Positions 1-9,738 of a stretch of 15,968 nucleotides of DNA are shown here, one piece after another (position 1 is the first letter of the stretch; the number at the start of each line of letters is the position of its first letter). Source of the stretch: Octopus sinensis (taxonomy: Eukaryota). Made by a program: the position numbers and the translations under genes. The DNA is taken from positions 1 to 15,968 of the forward strand of contig NW_021825734.1 in NCBI RefSeq assembly GCF_006345805.1, written 5' to 3'. The notes below the pieces were generated by a model, which was not told where the DNA came from, did no database searches, and worked only from the letters and a program-made list of their open reading frames with translations.

Positions 1-125
1 GACGTGTGCCCTATCAGTTGGGTGTGGTAGTATTATGGTGGGGTGTGGGTTACATTAGAATCAAGAGAAAACAAGTAAATAAACTTTGCAATAAAATATT
101 AATTAAAACTTCTTACGGGTCATGG

Positions 126-202
126 ACACACAGACACAGACACAGACACACACAGACACAGACACACACACACACATACACACACACACACACAAACATA
201 CA
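126..202. repeat. compound (CA)n/(CAGA) microsatellite
   Basis: Read directly from sequence. Confidence 0.95.
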
Positions 203-332
203 TTGCTCAAGGCCGAACGAATGAGAGTGGAGTGCACAAAACATGTAGAAGATATATAGTTTCTGTTTTATATTAAAACTGAAACAGAGTTTGTCTCGCG
301 ACTCGAGTTTCAAGCCACTGCGATCTTTAGGC

Positions 333-334
<2 letters not shown>

Positions 335-391
<57 letters not shown>

Positions 392-430
392 ACACACACA
401 CACGTACACACACACAAACACACACACACA
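335..430. repeat. (CA)n microsatellite, interrupted
   Basis: Read directly from sequence. Confidence 0.95.
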
Positions 431-677
431 GACTAACTGTGCGTTAATGGTTAGAAGTAGGTTTCTCTGAAATTGAAGTACGGAAAGGGGAAACAGGTGG
501 AGCAACATTAGTCTAATCGTCCGGTGGGCACACATGTGCGTGCGCACCCACATACGTATGCACACATATCATTAATACACAGATTAAGAATATCAGTCAT
601 ATAAGGATTAAAATCATTTTAGAATGTAGAGTATATGAAGGTTTATTTTGAATATAATTCCTACGAGTATAGCAACA

Positions 678-702
678 TTTCAAATCTCACGACTTTCGTC
701 AG
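678..702 (-). ncRNA. hammerhead-ribozyme-like core (probably a decayed Penelope-like terminal repeat)
   Basis: Minus strand reads CTGACGA-AAGTC-GTGA-GATTT-GAAA: conserved core, 5-bp stem II with one G-U pair, GNRA loop. Stems I and III cannot be built convincingly. Confidence 0.4.
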
Positions 703-1151
703 GTGCAGATTATAAATATCTGTGCCCGAGGAAAGTCGTTACAGTTTTTTCTAAGGTGAAACTTGAAATGTTGGTACCGTGAACCCTGAAATCAGTATCG
801 GTGACACTTTAAAATATTCATTCCTACAGCTGATTCAATAATTCATCAATAACCCGTGTTTCGTAAGAATTATTGAAACAGTTGTAGGAATGATTATTTT
901 GAAATAGCACTGTTTACGGATGTTATTTCAAATACGTTTGCCTTTGTCCGTTCTGTCCTGTTTGACAGTATATGAAACACTGTACTCGCATATGCAATTT
1001 TTTACATGAAATTTTAGAATTTTAACGCGATAAACTATATAATAACTGGTTATTTGTTGTGCGTACACAGCACATTTTAATGTTTTTTTTTGTTTGTGTG
1101 TGTACACATAAGTGTGCATTTCTTTTGGCCTTAACCCCTCCTCTATGCCTG

Positions 1152-1155
<4 letters not shown>

Positions 1156-1239
<84 letters not shown>
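1156..1239. repeat. (TA)n microsatellite
   Basis: Read directly from sequence. Confidence 0.95.
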
Positions 1240-1244
<5 letters not shown>

Positions 1245-2026
1245 CTTTTCGAATTTGTCACACTCTCCTTCTGCTCCTCGGATTTGTCAGTGTTCTTGTT
1301 TATTTCTTCTCCATTGCGACCTCTGTCCAATCCGTTTCACTTTGTGGACACTCTTCTCTTATTTTCCAATGTTTTGTACAAGTTTCCCATAAATAAATAT
1401 CCCAATTATAAAAGCAAAAATTAATTGTACGAAAGTATTATCATGTAAAACTTATAAATGATAATTCTCTTTTTACGCATATAAACAAAGATCCCTTTGT
1501 ACATTGACGACCTCGAAAGAATAATTTTCTGTTGTCGTACAAACAGATGTAATAAGGATCCTCATTGATAATTATACTTTCTGAATTAATATTAATCTTT
1601 CATATCTGAGTTCGTCCACTTTTTTCTTTCCCTCATGTACAGAATATTCCTTTAAATTTTATTCACAATCTCAGGTCTCGCCTTATCTGCAAGTCACACT
1701 TTGCCTAATTCCTTTTGCAAACTTATTTCTAACATCAACGCATTCGTTAACCTTTGATTCGTCAAATAACTATTGCGTCTCTCATTTGTGTTTTTTTTTC
1801 ATTCTGGAAAAGAAACTAATATAAAATGCATTGTTTCTATTAGATAAAATCAAAACGCTTTGATAATCGGTATTTCTGACTCTCAGGTACTTTTCGTTCT
1901 TTTTCTTTTTCCTTATTTCCAATTTATTCAGAAATGAACAGAAATCACCACTCTCTGAAGAAAGATGCAACTCGAAACGTTACGCATTTTTCCTACCTTT
2001 CTTGTTCCTCCTTCCCCGCTCTTTCT

Positions 2027-2027
<1 letters not shown>

Positions 2028-2083
<56 letters not shown>
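2028..2083. repeat. (CA)n microsatellite
   Basis: Read directly from sequence. Confidence 0.95.
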
Positions 2084-2084
<1 letters not shown>

Positions 2085-2232
2085 CATATTGTGTGGTCTT
2101 TGTCATCGTATTTCTATATGCCTGTCTATATCTATCTTTATCCATTGACATACATATCTCCGTGTCAGTTCCTTCCTCTCTCGCTTTTCTGCCATTCATC
2201 TCCTTCTACACGCGAGTACGTACGAAAACCCA

Positions 2233-2430
2233 CGTGTGTGAGTGTGTGTATGTATGTGTGCATGCATGGATATGTGTATATCATATATTCAAGTATGTGT
2301 GAGTGTATATATATATATATGTGTGTGTGTGTTTGTGTGTGTGTGTATGTGTGTCTGCGTATATATATATATAATGTATGTATGTATGATATATATAGGT
2401 ATGTATACACCCGCACACACATTTATACAC
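2233..2430. repeat. compound TG/TA/TATG low-complexity tract
   Basis: Read directly from sequence. Confidence 0.9.
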
Positions 2431-2532
2431 ACTTGTTTTAAGCAGCTTAAGTATTTATCCACGGTATAAAATTCTGTAAAAAGTGACCAGCTTTGCTATT
2501 AAAGTAAATCCTGACAGATAAATTGATCTGTT

Positions 2533-2535
<3 letters not shown>

Positions 2536-2568
<33 letters not shown>

Positions 2569-2575
2569 CACACAC

Positions 2576-2623
<48 letters not shown>
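2536..2623. repeat. (CA)n microsatellite with CAA interruptions
   Basis: Read directly from sequence. Confidence 0.95.
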
Positions 2624-2624
<1 letters not shown>

Positions 2625-2760
2625 TCTGGAGATTGGATGCAATCTTTGTTGTTGTGTCTGCTGCCGGCATTAATACTGTCGTCTGGCGGTGGAATACGAT
2701 ATTTATTGCTTTCAGCAGGAGGAGATAATTCAAGTTCCCACTATTATGAATTATAGTTTA

Positions 2761-2965
2761 TTCTGATACAGGCACAAGGCCTGGAATTCTGTGTATCGGG
2801 AGGGATACTCGGTTACGTCTACCGCAGTGCTCAACTGCTGTTTATTTTACCCTTAAGGGATAAAAGGCGAAGTTGTCCTTGACGGGATTTGAACTTAAAA
2901 TGTGAAGTTGGAATTCGTACTACTGAGCATTTTGTCCGGCGCACCAACGATTCAACCAGTTCGCA
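2761..2965 (-). mobile_element. tRNA-derived SINE family A, highly decayed copy
   Basis: Collinear with the copies at 2985-3678 (ggcacaaggcct..., gatttgaact, gagcattt...cgattc...ccagttcgc). Confidence 0.65.
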
Positions 2966-2984
2966 TCAATAATAACGATGATAA

Positions 2985-3197
2985 TAGTTTCAAATTTTGG
3001 TCCAAGGCCAGCAATTTCGGGTGAGGGGGTAAATCGATTACATCGACCCCAGCACTCTACTGGTACTTATTTTATCGACCCCGAAAGAATGAAAAGCAAA
3101 GACAACCTCGATGGAATCGTAACTCAGAACCTACCGACAGACGAAATGCCGCTGAGCACTTTTCCCGGAGTGCTGACGATTCGGCCAGCTCGCCGCC

Positions 3198-3199
<2 letters not shown>
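2985..3199 (-). mobile_element. tRNA-derived SINE family A, full-length monomer
   Basis: Minus strand starts AAGGCGGCGAGCTGGC (A-box-like), has a degraded B box, and shares the body block actggtacttattttatcgaccccgaaag with the other copies in this window. Confidence 0.8.
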
Positions 3200-3267
<68 letters not shown>

Positions 3268-3280
3268 TAATAATAATAAT
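3199..3280. repeat. (AAT)n microsatellite
   Basis: Read directly from sequence. Confidence 0.97.
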
Positions 3281-3678
3281 CCTTTCTACTATTGGTACAA
3301 GGCCTGAAATTTTGGGAGCGGAGACTAGTCGAACACGTCAACCCCAGTGTTTCACTGGTACTTAATTTATCGATCTCGAAAGGATGAAAGGCAAAGTCGA
3401 CCTCGCCGGAATTTGAACTCAGAACGTTGCGACAGACGAAATACCTATTTCTTTACTACCCACAAGGGGCTAAACACAGAGAGGACAAACAAGGACAGAC
3501 AAACGGATTAAGTCGATTGTATCGACCTCAATGCGTAACTGGTACTTATTTCATCGACCCCGAAGGGATGAAAGGCAAAGTCAACCTCGGCAGAATTTGA
3601 ACTCAGAACCTACAGACGGACGAAATGCCGCGGAGTATTTTTCGTGGTGCGGTAACAATTCTGCCAGTTCACTGCCTT
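3281..3678 (-). mobile_element. tRNA-derived SINE family A, head-to-tail dimer
   Basis: Monomer 3446-3678 has an A-box-like head (GGCAGTGAACTGG) and B box GAGTTCAAATTC. Monomer 3281-3445 has B box GAGTTCAAATTCC but no A box. Junction is gacgaaatacc|tatttc. Confidence 0.8.
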
Positions 3679-3920
3679 AATTGGCACTAGGAATGTTAGT
3701 TTCAAGTGGCGGAGAGCCATAAAAAAAACATGGTAAATTTGTCATAAATATTTAGCTGACTTTATGGCATAATTAAGGATTATAACAAGGAATTATTTTC
3801 TCTGTTCTCTATTATGTAATATGGCAGTTTATTCTGAGATTGCACTGTACACTCCGCAACAACTTGGATCATGATATGTCTCTAGTGAGGTATATTCTGA
3901 GCACTTTATTCCACGGACGA

Positions 3921-3954
3921 CTGCAAAAAAGACCGAGCTGCAAAAAAGACCGAG
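3921..3954. repeat. perfect 17-bp tandem duplication (ctgcaaaaaagaccgag x2)
   Basis: Read directly from sequence. Confidence 0.95.
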
Positions 3955-4291
3955 TGATCGAAAATCAACTATCATGGAACTGCTTGCCTGTCTCCGCAAG
4001 TTAGTCTATCGAATGTGAAGATAAAATAGCTTTGCTCTCGGTGACCCAAGAGCTAAGTGATTTTCAGCATTTACTTGAGTGATTCCTACAAGAGATACAT
4101 TTTAACAAGAAGTAGGTTGTCCATCATTCCTAGGTAGTCTTGCGACGTGTTCGACATCAATGCCTTTGCGCAATTGTTAGATAATCGTTGATCCTACCGA
4201 ATTTTTTGTCCTTCTGAGGTTCTAACAACCTTCCTAATGAGGCTAATCTGGTGAGTGTGTGTATGTAGGGGAGCCAATTTAGTCACCGGTC

Positions 4292-4397
4292 ACCCGATCA
4301 TACAGCACGGCAGGATTTACTGGACTACATGTTACCAGTAGCACTCGTGATCCATCTGGCTTTGAAAAATGAAATCTGAAATCCAATGGACAAATTC
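4292..4397 (-). repeat. diverged inverted-repeat arm, partner of 6073-6166
   Basis: Shared ordered blocks TTGGATT, ATTTCATTTT, CAAAG, ACATGTAGTCC, GTATGnTCGGGT; ~37/50 identity in the first block. Confidence 0.75.
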
Positions 4398-5059
4398 CAG
4401 TCGAACTCTGTACCAAATATGACCTGGACTTGACAAACGCCATGTTCTAGTTTCATCCCCAAATAAGCCTGTGCATGCACCTCTGTTGAGTAGGATCCAT
4501 AGGTTCTCTCTTCTCACACTATTGAAAACTTTAGTTAAGTTGACGGAAAGTGGTACTCGCTGTTCGATAACCTTTTCCTGAATTTGTCGCAAGGAGAGAA
4601 CTATTCTGATGTTCCTAAATAGACGAAAATCACATTGGCTTTCAGAAAGAGTTTGCTCGGATATTTATTATGGTCGTATGAGAAATATACGAGAAATAAT
4701 CATTTTGTTACAATTTTCTGTTTCACAGACAAGAAAGGAATTTCTTGCTCATTTCAGTCTTTTGGGTCACTTTTCCCCCTGTAAATGGTGACTATTCATG
4801 CATCATTGAACATTGTAAGACATTACCGTATTGATAAAATTCTCTATCGAATTGCAGAAGTCTTCGTCGCCATTCCTTCCCATTCTACTTATTGACTTCA
4901 TAGCAATGCTGTCAACACCAGGAACTTTCTGAGGTTTTGTCTTGTGGATGGCAGCTACAAGTTCTCCAGTCTTCCAGAAACTGCTTAATACGTCCCAGAA
5001 CCTGAAAAGAAATTGCTGAGAATCTTTCTAACGAACCAATTGTCATCCATGAACGAGTA

Positions 5060-5300
5060 TGGTGAATTATTTTAAATACCAACGTAATTGCGAGTCGACA
5101 TAGATACCTTTTTACGAGTCGACATAGATACCTTTTTGACTCTTCTACCCATTGGCCGAACGGTACATCGAGGATATGATAGCTGGAGGGAGAGAGATTT
5201 GTACCAACAATGTAGGATAAAGTGCCTTGCTCCAGAACACAATGTACTATCTGGTCCGGATATTGAACCCACGATATTAGGGTCGGTTTCATAGTAAAGT
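5060..5300 (-). mobile_element. decayed SINE family B remnant nested inside the RTE fragment
   Basis: B-box-like GGTTCAATATCC (5258-5269) followed by TTGTGTTCTGGAGCAAGGCACTTTA, similar to the SINE at 10560-10902. RTE protein similarity is interrupted here. Boundaries are approximate. Confidence 0.5.
5091..5137. repeat. 24-bp tandem duplication (cgagtcgacatagatacctttt...)
   Basis: Period 24, 23 nt identical. Confidence 0.95.
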
Positions 5301-6072
5301 AGAATGCTCCCGCCAGCATTTAACAGCATTGCTTTTCTAGGTGTATAGATGGAAGTATTTATTCTTCATTGGTATTCTTCTTTTTTTGACCATATCTCCC
5401 CCCAGGCTGGCAACATACAAGTCTTACTTTATCAAAACCTTCGACAAACTGACATTTCCCTGAGCTTTCTTTCGGTCTTTCAACAGCCACAGTTCCTTTT
5501 GTTGCGAAGTATCCACGTCTATGATTTGCTTTGGTAACTTGCCGTGTACCTCGTCCATGGAATGTTTTTTTTTCAGATAACAGCTGTTGTAACTTCACAT
5601 CTTTTTTATCAAACCATTGCGTATGTTTGCCTTTGAAGAAGCCGATTGAAGCAGCAGCTGTTTTCTAGATTGTCACAGCCGACTGCTCTCAACAAGAGAA
5701 TCGGATTGTTTAGTGTCAATTAGTGCAGGGTTGGGTACCGTTTTGAACCTGCTGCTTATCTTCGCTGCAAGCACTCGTTGCATTTAAGGTGCAACGAGTA
5801 CTTGCAGTGCGCATAACCTTTTTTTCTTTAGTTTTCAGCACTTCGTTGAAATTCTGTCTCCCAGAGAAAATGCCTGCACCATTTATAGAAATCTAATCAG
5901 TGAAACACTGATTCATAGCACTCTTAAAGCTAATGCCCAAAATAGTCTCTCTGCGAGTAAATAATGTAGTCCATTCGACACAAATGGCACCAGCTGCAGA
6001 ATCACTTTTCAGGAAGCCAGAAAATGGTGTTTTCAGCGACCAAATTATATTTGGTGTATATATATTTGATTC

Positions 6073-6166
6073 GGATTTGTGTTGGATTGAAAATTTCATT
6101 TTCCAAAGTCAGGTCATTCAATGGTATTACATGTAGTCCGCAATAAAATGTGTCGTATGGTCGGGT
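6073..6166 (+). repeat. diverged inverted-repeat arm, partner of 4292-4397
   Basis: Same ordered blocks as the partner arm. Confidence 0.75.
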
Positions 6167-6410
6167 CAGGTAACGGCTACTGAACTCCTTCCACCTATCA
6201 GGCTTGCTTTGTCAGTAAGTTTGTCCGAAACTCGGCAGGGCAACGATTACCTAACAATTGCTCAGGGATGTTGCGGGTGACCGAGGGCACCAAAGGAGCC
6301 CACGGGAATAGTAGACACCGCCTCTCCCCTTACACTTTATTTCTTGTTAGAACAGCTTTGAAGGATAGTTTGGTGTAAAAGCTGAGTCATATAGCTTCTG
6401 GGTCACCGGG

Positions 6411-6427
6411 TTGTTTCTTTCTTTTTT

Positions 6428-6511
<84 letters not shown>

Positions 6512-6590
6512 TCCTTCTTTCTTTCTTTCTCTCTCTCTCTCTCTCTCTATACATATATATATATTCCTTCTTTCTTTCTTTCTTTCTTTC
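6411..6590. repeat. (TTTC)n + (CT)n + (TA)n compound microsatellite
   Basis: Read directly from sequence. Confidence 0.95.
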
Positions 6591-6619
6591 TTACCCCCTC
6601 TCACGCACAAATTTAATCA

Positions 6620-6707
6620 TCCACACACGTATATATATGGGTGTGTATGCATATGTGTATATGTATGCATAGATGTGTATGTGTGTGCATGTATATGTGT
6701 ATCTATG

Positions 6708-6748
<41 letters not shown>

Positions 6749-6765
6749 ATACACACACACACATA
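6620..6765. repeat. TG/TA/CA low-complexity tract
   Basis: Read directly from sequence. Confidence 0.9.
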
Positions 6766-7374
6766 CTATACAAGAATCGATCAATGTACAATCACAATAT
6801 TTATACTTGAACTTAAATATGAACATTGTAAGGGAGATAGGCCATAATCGAATAGTAGAAAAATAAACAAAAAAAAGAAGCAGATTGCGAGCATTATTTA
6901 ATATTTAGAATGTATTTAACTGTTTTTAATGCAGGCAGCGACTTAGTGAAAATTCTTTGATTGTTTTTTTTTTAAATATGGTCATTTTCTTCACCAATTA
7001 GCCTCTTGCGCAATATTGTACATACATTTAATAATTATGCCATCACAGTTGTTGCAAGGATAGTGTAGTTATTCTCTAGCTGAGGAAGTCAAATAATTCC
7101 GAAACAATCTCGATGTTTTCTCCCTTAGCAGCCTGAATAATGAACATATTTTTATTGTCTAAAGTCCTCTTTTCCTTGGAAGAAATTTTTCAACGGAAAA
7201 TCTAATTGGTTGTTGTGGAAGCGATCGGAATTAGATTTTGACTTTACTTTTTCCCCACTTTGAACATACTGGCCACGACGGACACTCGGCGAAAAGCTAC
7301 CTGAGAGGAGCCGTGCGGGCCGAAACGGTGGTGAACGTACTACTGGTTCACCTTTATTAAATATTGTTATTGTT

Positions 7375-7591
7375 CAAGAGCAGCGGGCTGGTAGAAATGT
7401 TAGTACGCCAGGTAAAATGCTTAGCGGTATTTCATCTGTCTTTATGTTCTGAGTTCAAATTCCACCGACGTCACTTTTGCTTTTCATCCTTTCGGGGTCG
7501 ATAAATTAAGTACCAGTTGCCTACTGGGGTCGATCTAATCGACTGGCCTCCCCCACCATCCCCCCAAAATTTTGGGCCTTGAATAGAAAAG
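7375..7591 (+). mobile_element. tRNA-derived SINE family A, full length with 15-bp target-site duplication
   Basis: A-box-like GCAGCGGGCTGG, B box GAGTTCAAATTCC, body is the reverse complement of the copies at 2985-3678. Flanked by AATATTGTTATTGTT at 7360-7374 and 7592-7606. Confidence 0.9.
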
Positions 7592-7886
7592 AATATTGTT
7601 ATTGTTTAGCTTCATTTCCCCCATGATTAAACTTATCTTTTATGAAGGACGTTCCAGCCATGACATGTCACTTTGATTTAAAAAATTTTTTTAAACAATA
7701 TGTGTAAGATTAAATGATTTAAAATCGTTCTTTTTGTCATTACGGTCCGATGTAATTTATTTGAGGGAAATTTAGCAGTTATTTCTAACAAGTTGACGTG
7801 TCACATATTTGCTTCTTCGTTGACGAAACTGAGGTTTTAGCGTTTGAGTCGACGAGTTTGTATGTATGTGCGTATGTCTGAGTAGG

Positions 7887-7887
<1 letters not shown>

Positions 7888-7922
<35 letters not shown>
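7888..7922. repeat. (TG)n microsatellite
   Basis: Read directly from sequence. Confidence 0.95.
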
Positions 7923-7924
<2 letters not shown>

Positions 7925-8077
7925 ATAGTTGGATGTATGTGTGTCTGAGAGTGCTGTTCAAACTGACGAACTGAGGTACTTGTAAAAATTCGCAAGAATC
8001 ACTTTGTCTTACGGTTATAAGCAACTCTTGTCATATTATAAGGCGAGGGAATCCTCTGACACCTACTTCTCCAAGAT

Positions 8078-8150
8078 CATCAGCATCGTTGTCATCGTCT
8101 TCGTTGCTGTCATCGTCATCATCATCATAATCATCATCATCATCATCATC
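8078..8150. repeat. (CAT/CGT)n trinucleotide repeat, degenerate
   Basis: Read directly from sequence. Confidence 0.9.
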
Positions 8151-8357
8151 TCTGATGTCGTTGGCGTCATTGCCATCATATCTGAAACAGTTAACTGTTC
8201 CCTACATTTAATTTCATTCAGTTGGAATGACAACGAGCGATGAGTATGTGTGTGTGTGTGTGTGTGTGTGCGCGTGTGTGATGGAGAGAGAGTGTGTGCA
8301 TGTACACACACACAACTCTTTTTTAAGGTTCATTGCCACTACGTGGTATTTTAGATA

Positions 8358-8360
<3 letters not shown>

Positions 8361-8396
<36 letters not shown>
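8361..8396. repeat. (TA)n microsatellite
   Basis: Read directly from sequence. Confidence 0.95.
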
Positions 8397-8400
<4 letters not shown>

Positions 8401-8401
<1 letters not shown>

Positions 8402-8590
8402 GTATGCCTGTTACACTGCACAGCTTGACAACCGGCGATGGTTTGTTTACATCACCATTACGTACACATCGGCGAAAGAAACTGATTTAAGTACCCGACT
8501 TAAATTAATTTCTGGGGAAATGATCAATTTAATTAAATCCCTGTAAGCAGTACCCCAGCATGAACGCAAGTCTAACGACTAAAACAAAAT
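8401..8590 (+). mobile_element. SINE family C, decayed 3' half
   Basis: Shares gcttgacaac, gtttacatc, gaaacngat, taagtac and ccccagcatg in order with the reverse complement of 9440-9650. Resembles an abundant octopus SINE as I recall it. Confidence 0.6.
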
Positions 8591-8591
8591 A

Positions 8592-9059
8592 TCTCTTATT
8601 ATAAAAGGCAGATTTTATCTGCCTCCCTTTGTCAGTTATAGAAATCTACAATATAGGATTTCTTCAATTACAATTTACCTAGCATTTTTAAGAGTAGAAT
8701 GCATCGGGTTTTGCCAGGTCCGGTTTTTAAAATTTCAACCCCAATTAAGCAAAATTTAGAGAAAACTCACATTGTGGTGTATATGTCAAATGCTTTTCTT
8801 AGTTTGGGTTACAGCACACGCAAACGCACACACACAGTGTGCAACGAATAAACTGAAACTAATTCACTGTGTGTTGACAGGTAGACAATAGAATGCGATG
8901 GCGATGTAATATTTGTTTCTGTCTATGACGCTGATAGATACATGAGTAAAATGTATGGGAAGCTAAGAGATAAGAGTGAGTGAAAATGTTCTTGGAAGAG
9001 AGTAAATAGCGAGAGATTGATTTGAGGAAGACTTTACATTAAATAACCGTAGTGGCTTG
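8592..9059 (+). mobile_element. possible non-autonomous Helitron with a damaged 3' end
   Basis: A|TCTCTTATTATAAAAG start resembles the 10154 Helitron start. Ends CTTG|T rather than CTAG|T, with no subterminal hairpin. Confidence 0.35.
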
Positions 9060-9115
9060 TATATATATATATATATCTATATATATATATATATATATAT
9101 ATCTATATATATATA
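9060..9115. repeat. (TA)n microsatellite, interrupted
   Basis: Read directly from sequence. Confidence 0.95.
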
Positions 9116-9126
9116 ATACACATACA

Positions 9127-9382
9127 TAAGACAGTGAGGTGTGATTTGAGGGAGATTTGGCTGCTATTTCTACCATGTCTAGCTGCCATGTAGGGGTCTC
9201 CCTCATAGGCTCATACATACATATATACATAGATAAGACAGTAGGTGTGATTTGGGGGAAATTTGGCTGCTATTTCTACCACGTCTAGCTACCATGTAGA
9301 GGTCCCCCTCATTGGCTCATATATATATACATACATAAGACAGTAAGGTGTGATTTGAGGGAGATTTGGCTGCTGTTTCTAC
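9127..9382 (+). repeat. tandem array of ~2.4 units of a ~105-bp element
   Basis: Units start with taagacagt at 9127, 9234 and 9336; core gtgtgatttgagggagatttggctgctatttctac. Confidence 0.9.
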
Positions 9383-9439
9383 AAGGTCTGTTAGGCCTTC
9401 TCATGCCTTGAACATAAGACCAAAGCAGAGAATGTATTC

Positions 9440-9650
9440 TTTTTATTCTTCTGCTTTTTCCAGCCATTGGTCTGTGGCCATGCTGGGGCAATGCCTTGAA
9501 GAATTGTAGTTTAATGAATCAACTCCAGTTTTATTTTTGTAAGCATTGTACTTATTCTATCTGTTTCCTTTGTCAAACCACTAGGTGACAGGGATGTAAA
9601 CAACCAACATTCGTTGTCAAGCAGTGGTGGAGGACAATCACAAGCACAGA
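9440..9650 (-). mobile_element. SINE family C, decayed 3' half ending in its (CA)n tract
   Basis: Inverted homologue of 8401-8590. Confidence 0.6.
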
Positions 9651-9738
9651 CACGCACACACACACACACACACATACATGCATACACATATACACACATA
9701 CATACATACATATATATATATGTGTGTATATATATATA

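Larger units (their letters stand above)
4400..6070 (-). mobile_element. decayed RTE-clade (BovB-like) LINE, internal fragment from late endonuclease to RT motifs
   Basis: Frame-broken translations in the expected order: KYNLVAENTIF..MDYII..QRD..CFTD (endonuclease), KHTQWFDKKDVKLQQLLSEK, ELVAAIHKTKPQKVPGVDSI, IVTIYRGKSD, SESQCDFR..LRQIQEKVIEQ..LTKVFNSVRRENLW (RT). Many stops and frameshifts. Confidence 0.85.

Noticed and set aside
300-336. Minus-strand AGCC..GGCT-T-GAAAC-TCGA-GTC resembling a hammerhead 3' half
   Set aside because: The CUGANGA position is occupied by the (TG)n tract, so the core is absent. At most a weak remnant.
6-2756. Many ORFs in the track (poly-HT, VC, YI, etc.), also elsewhere in the window
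   Set aside because: They are translations of stop-free microsatellites with no protein-family motifs.
7031-7070. Minus-strand YTI-PCNNCDGIII resembling a Penelope GIY-YIG start
   Set aside because: It needs an assumed frameshift, and the YIG and later motifs are missing.
7821-7977. Near-direct repeat tgacga(a)actgaggt around a TG tract, and a CTGACGA at 7963
   Set aside because: Only 14-15 nt, with no element identity between the repeats, and no stem II or GAAA after the CTGACGA.
9127-9382. Repeat-spacer appearance suggesting a CRISPR array
   Set aside because: The intervening sequences are homologous to each other, the context is eukaryotic, and there are no cas genes.
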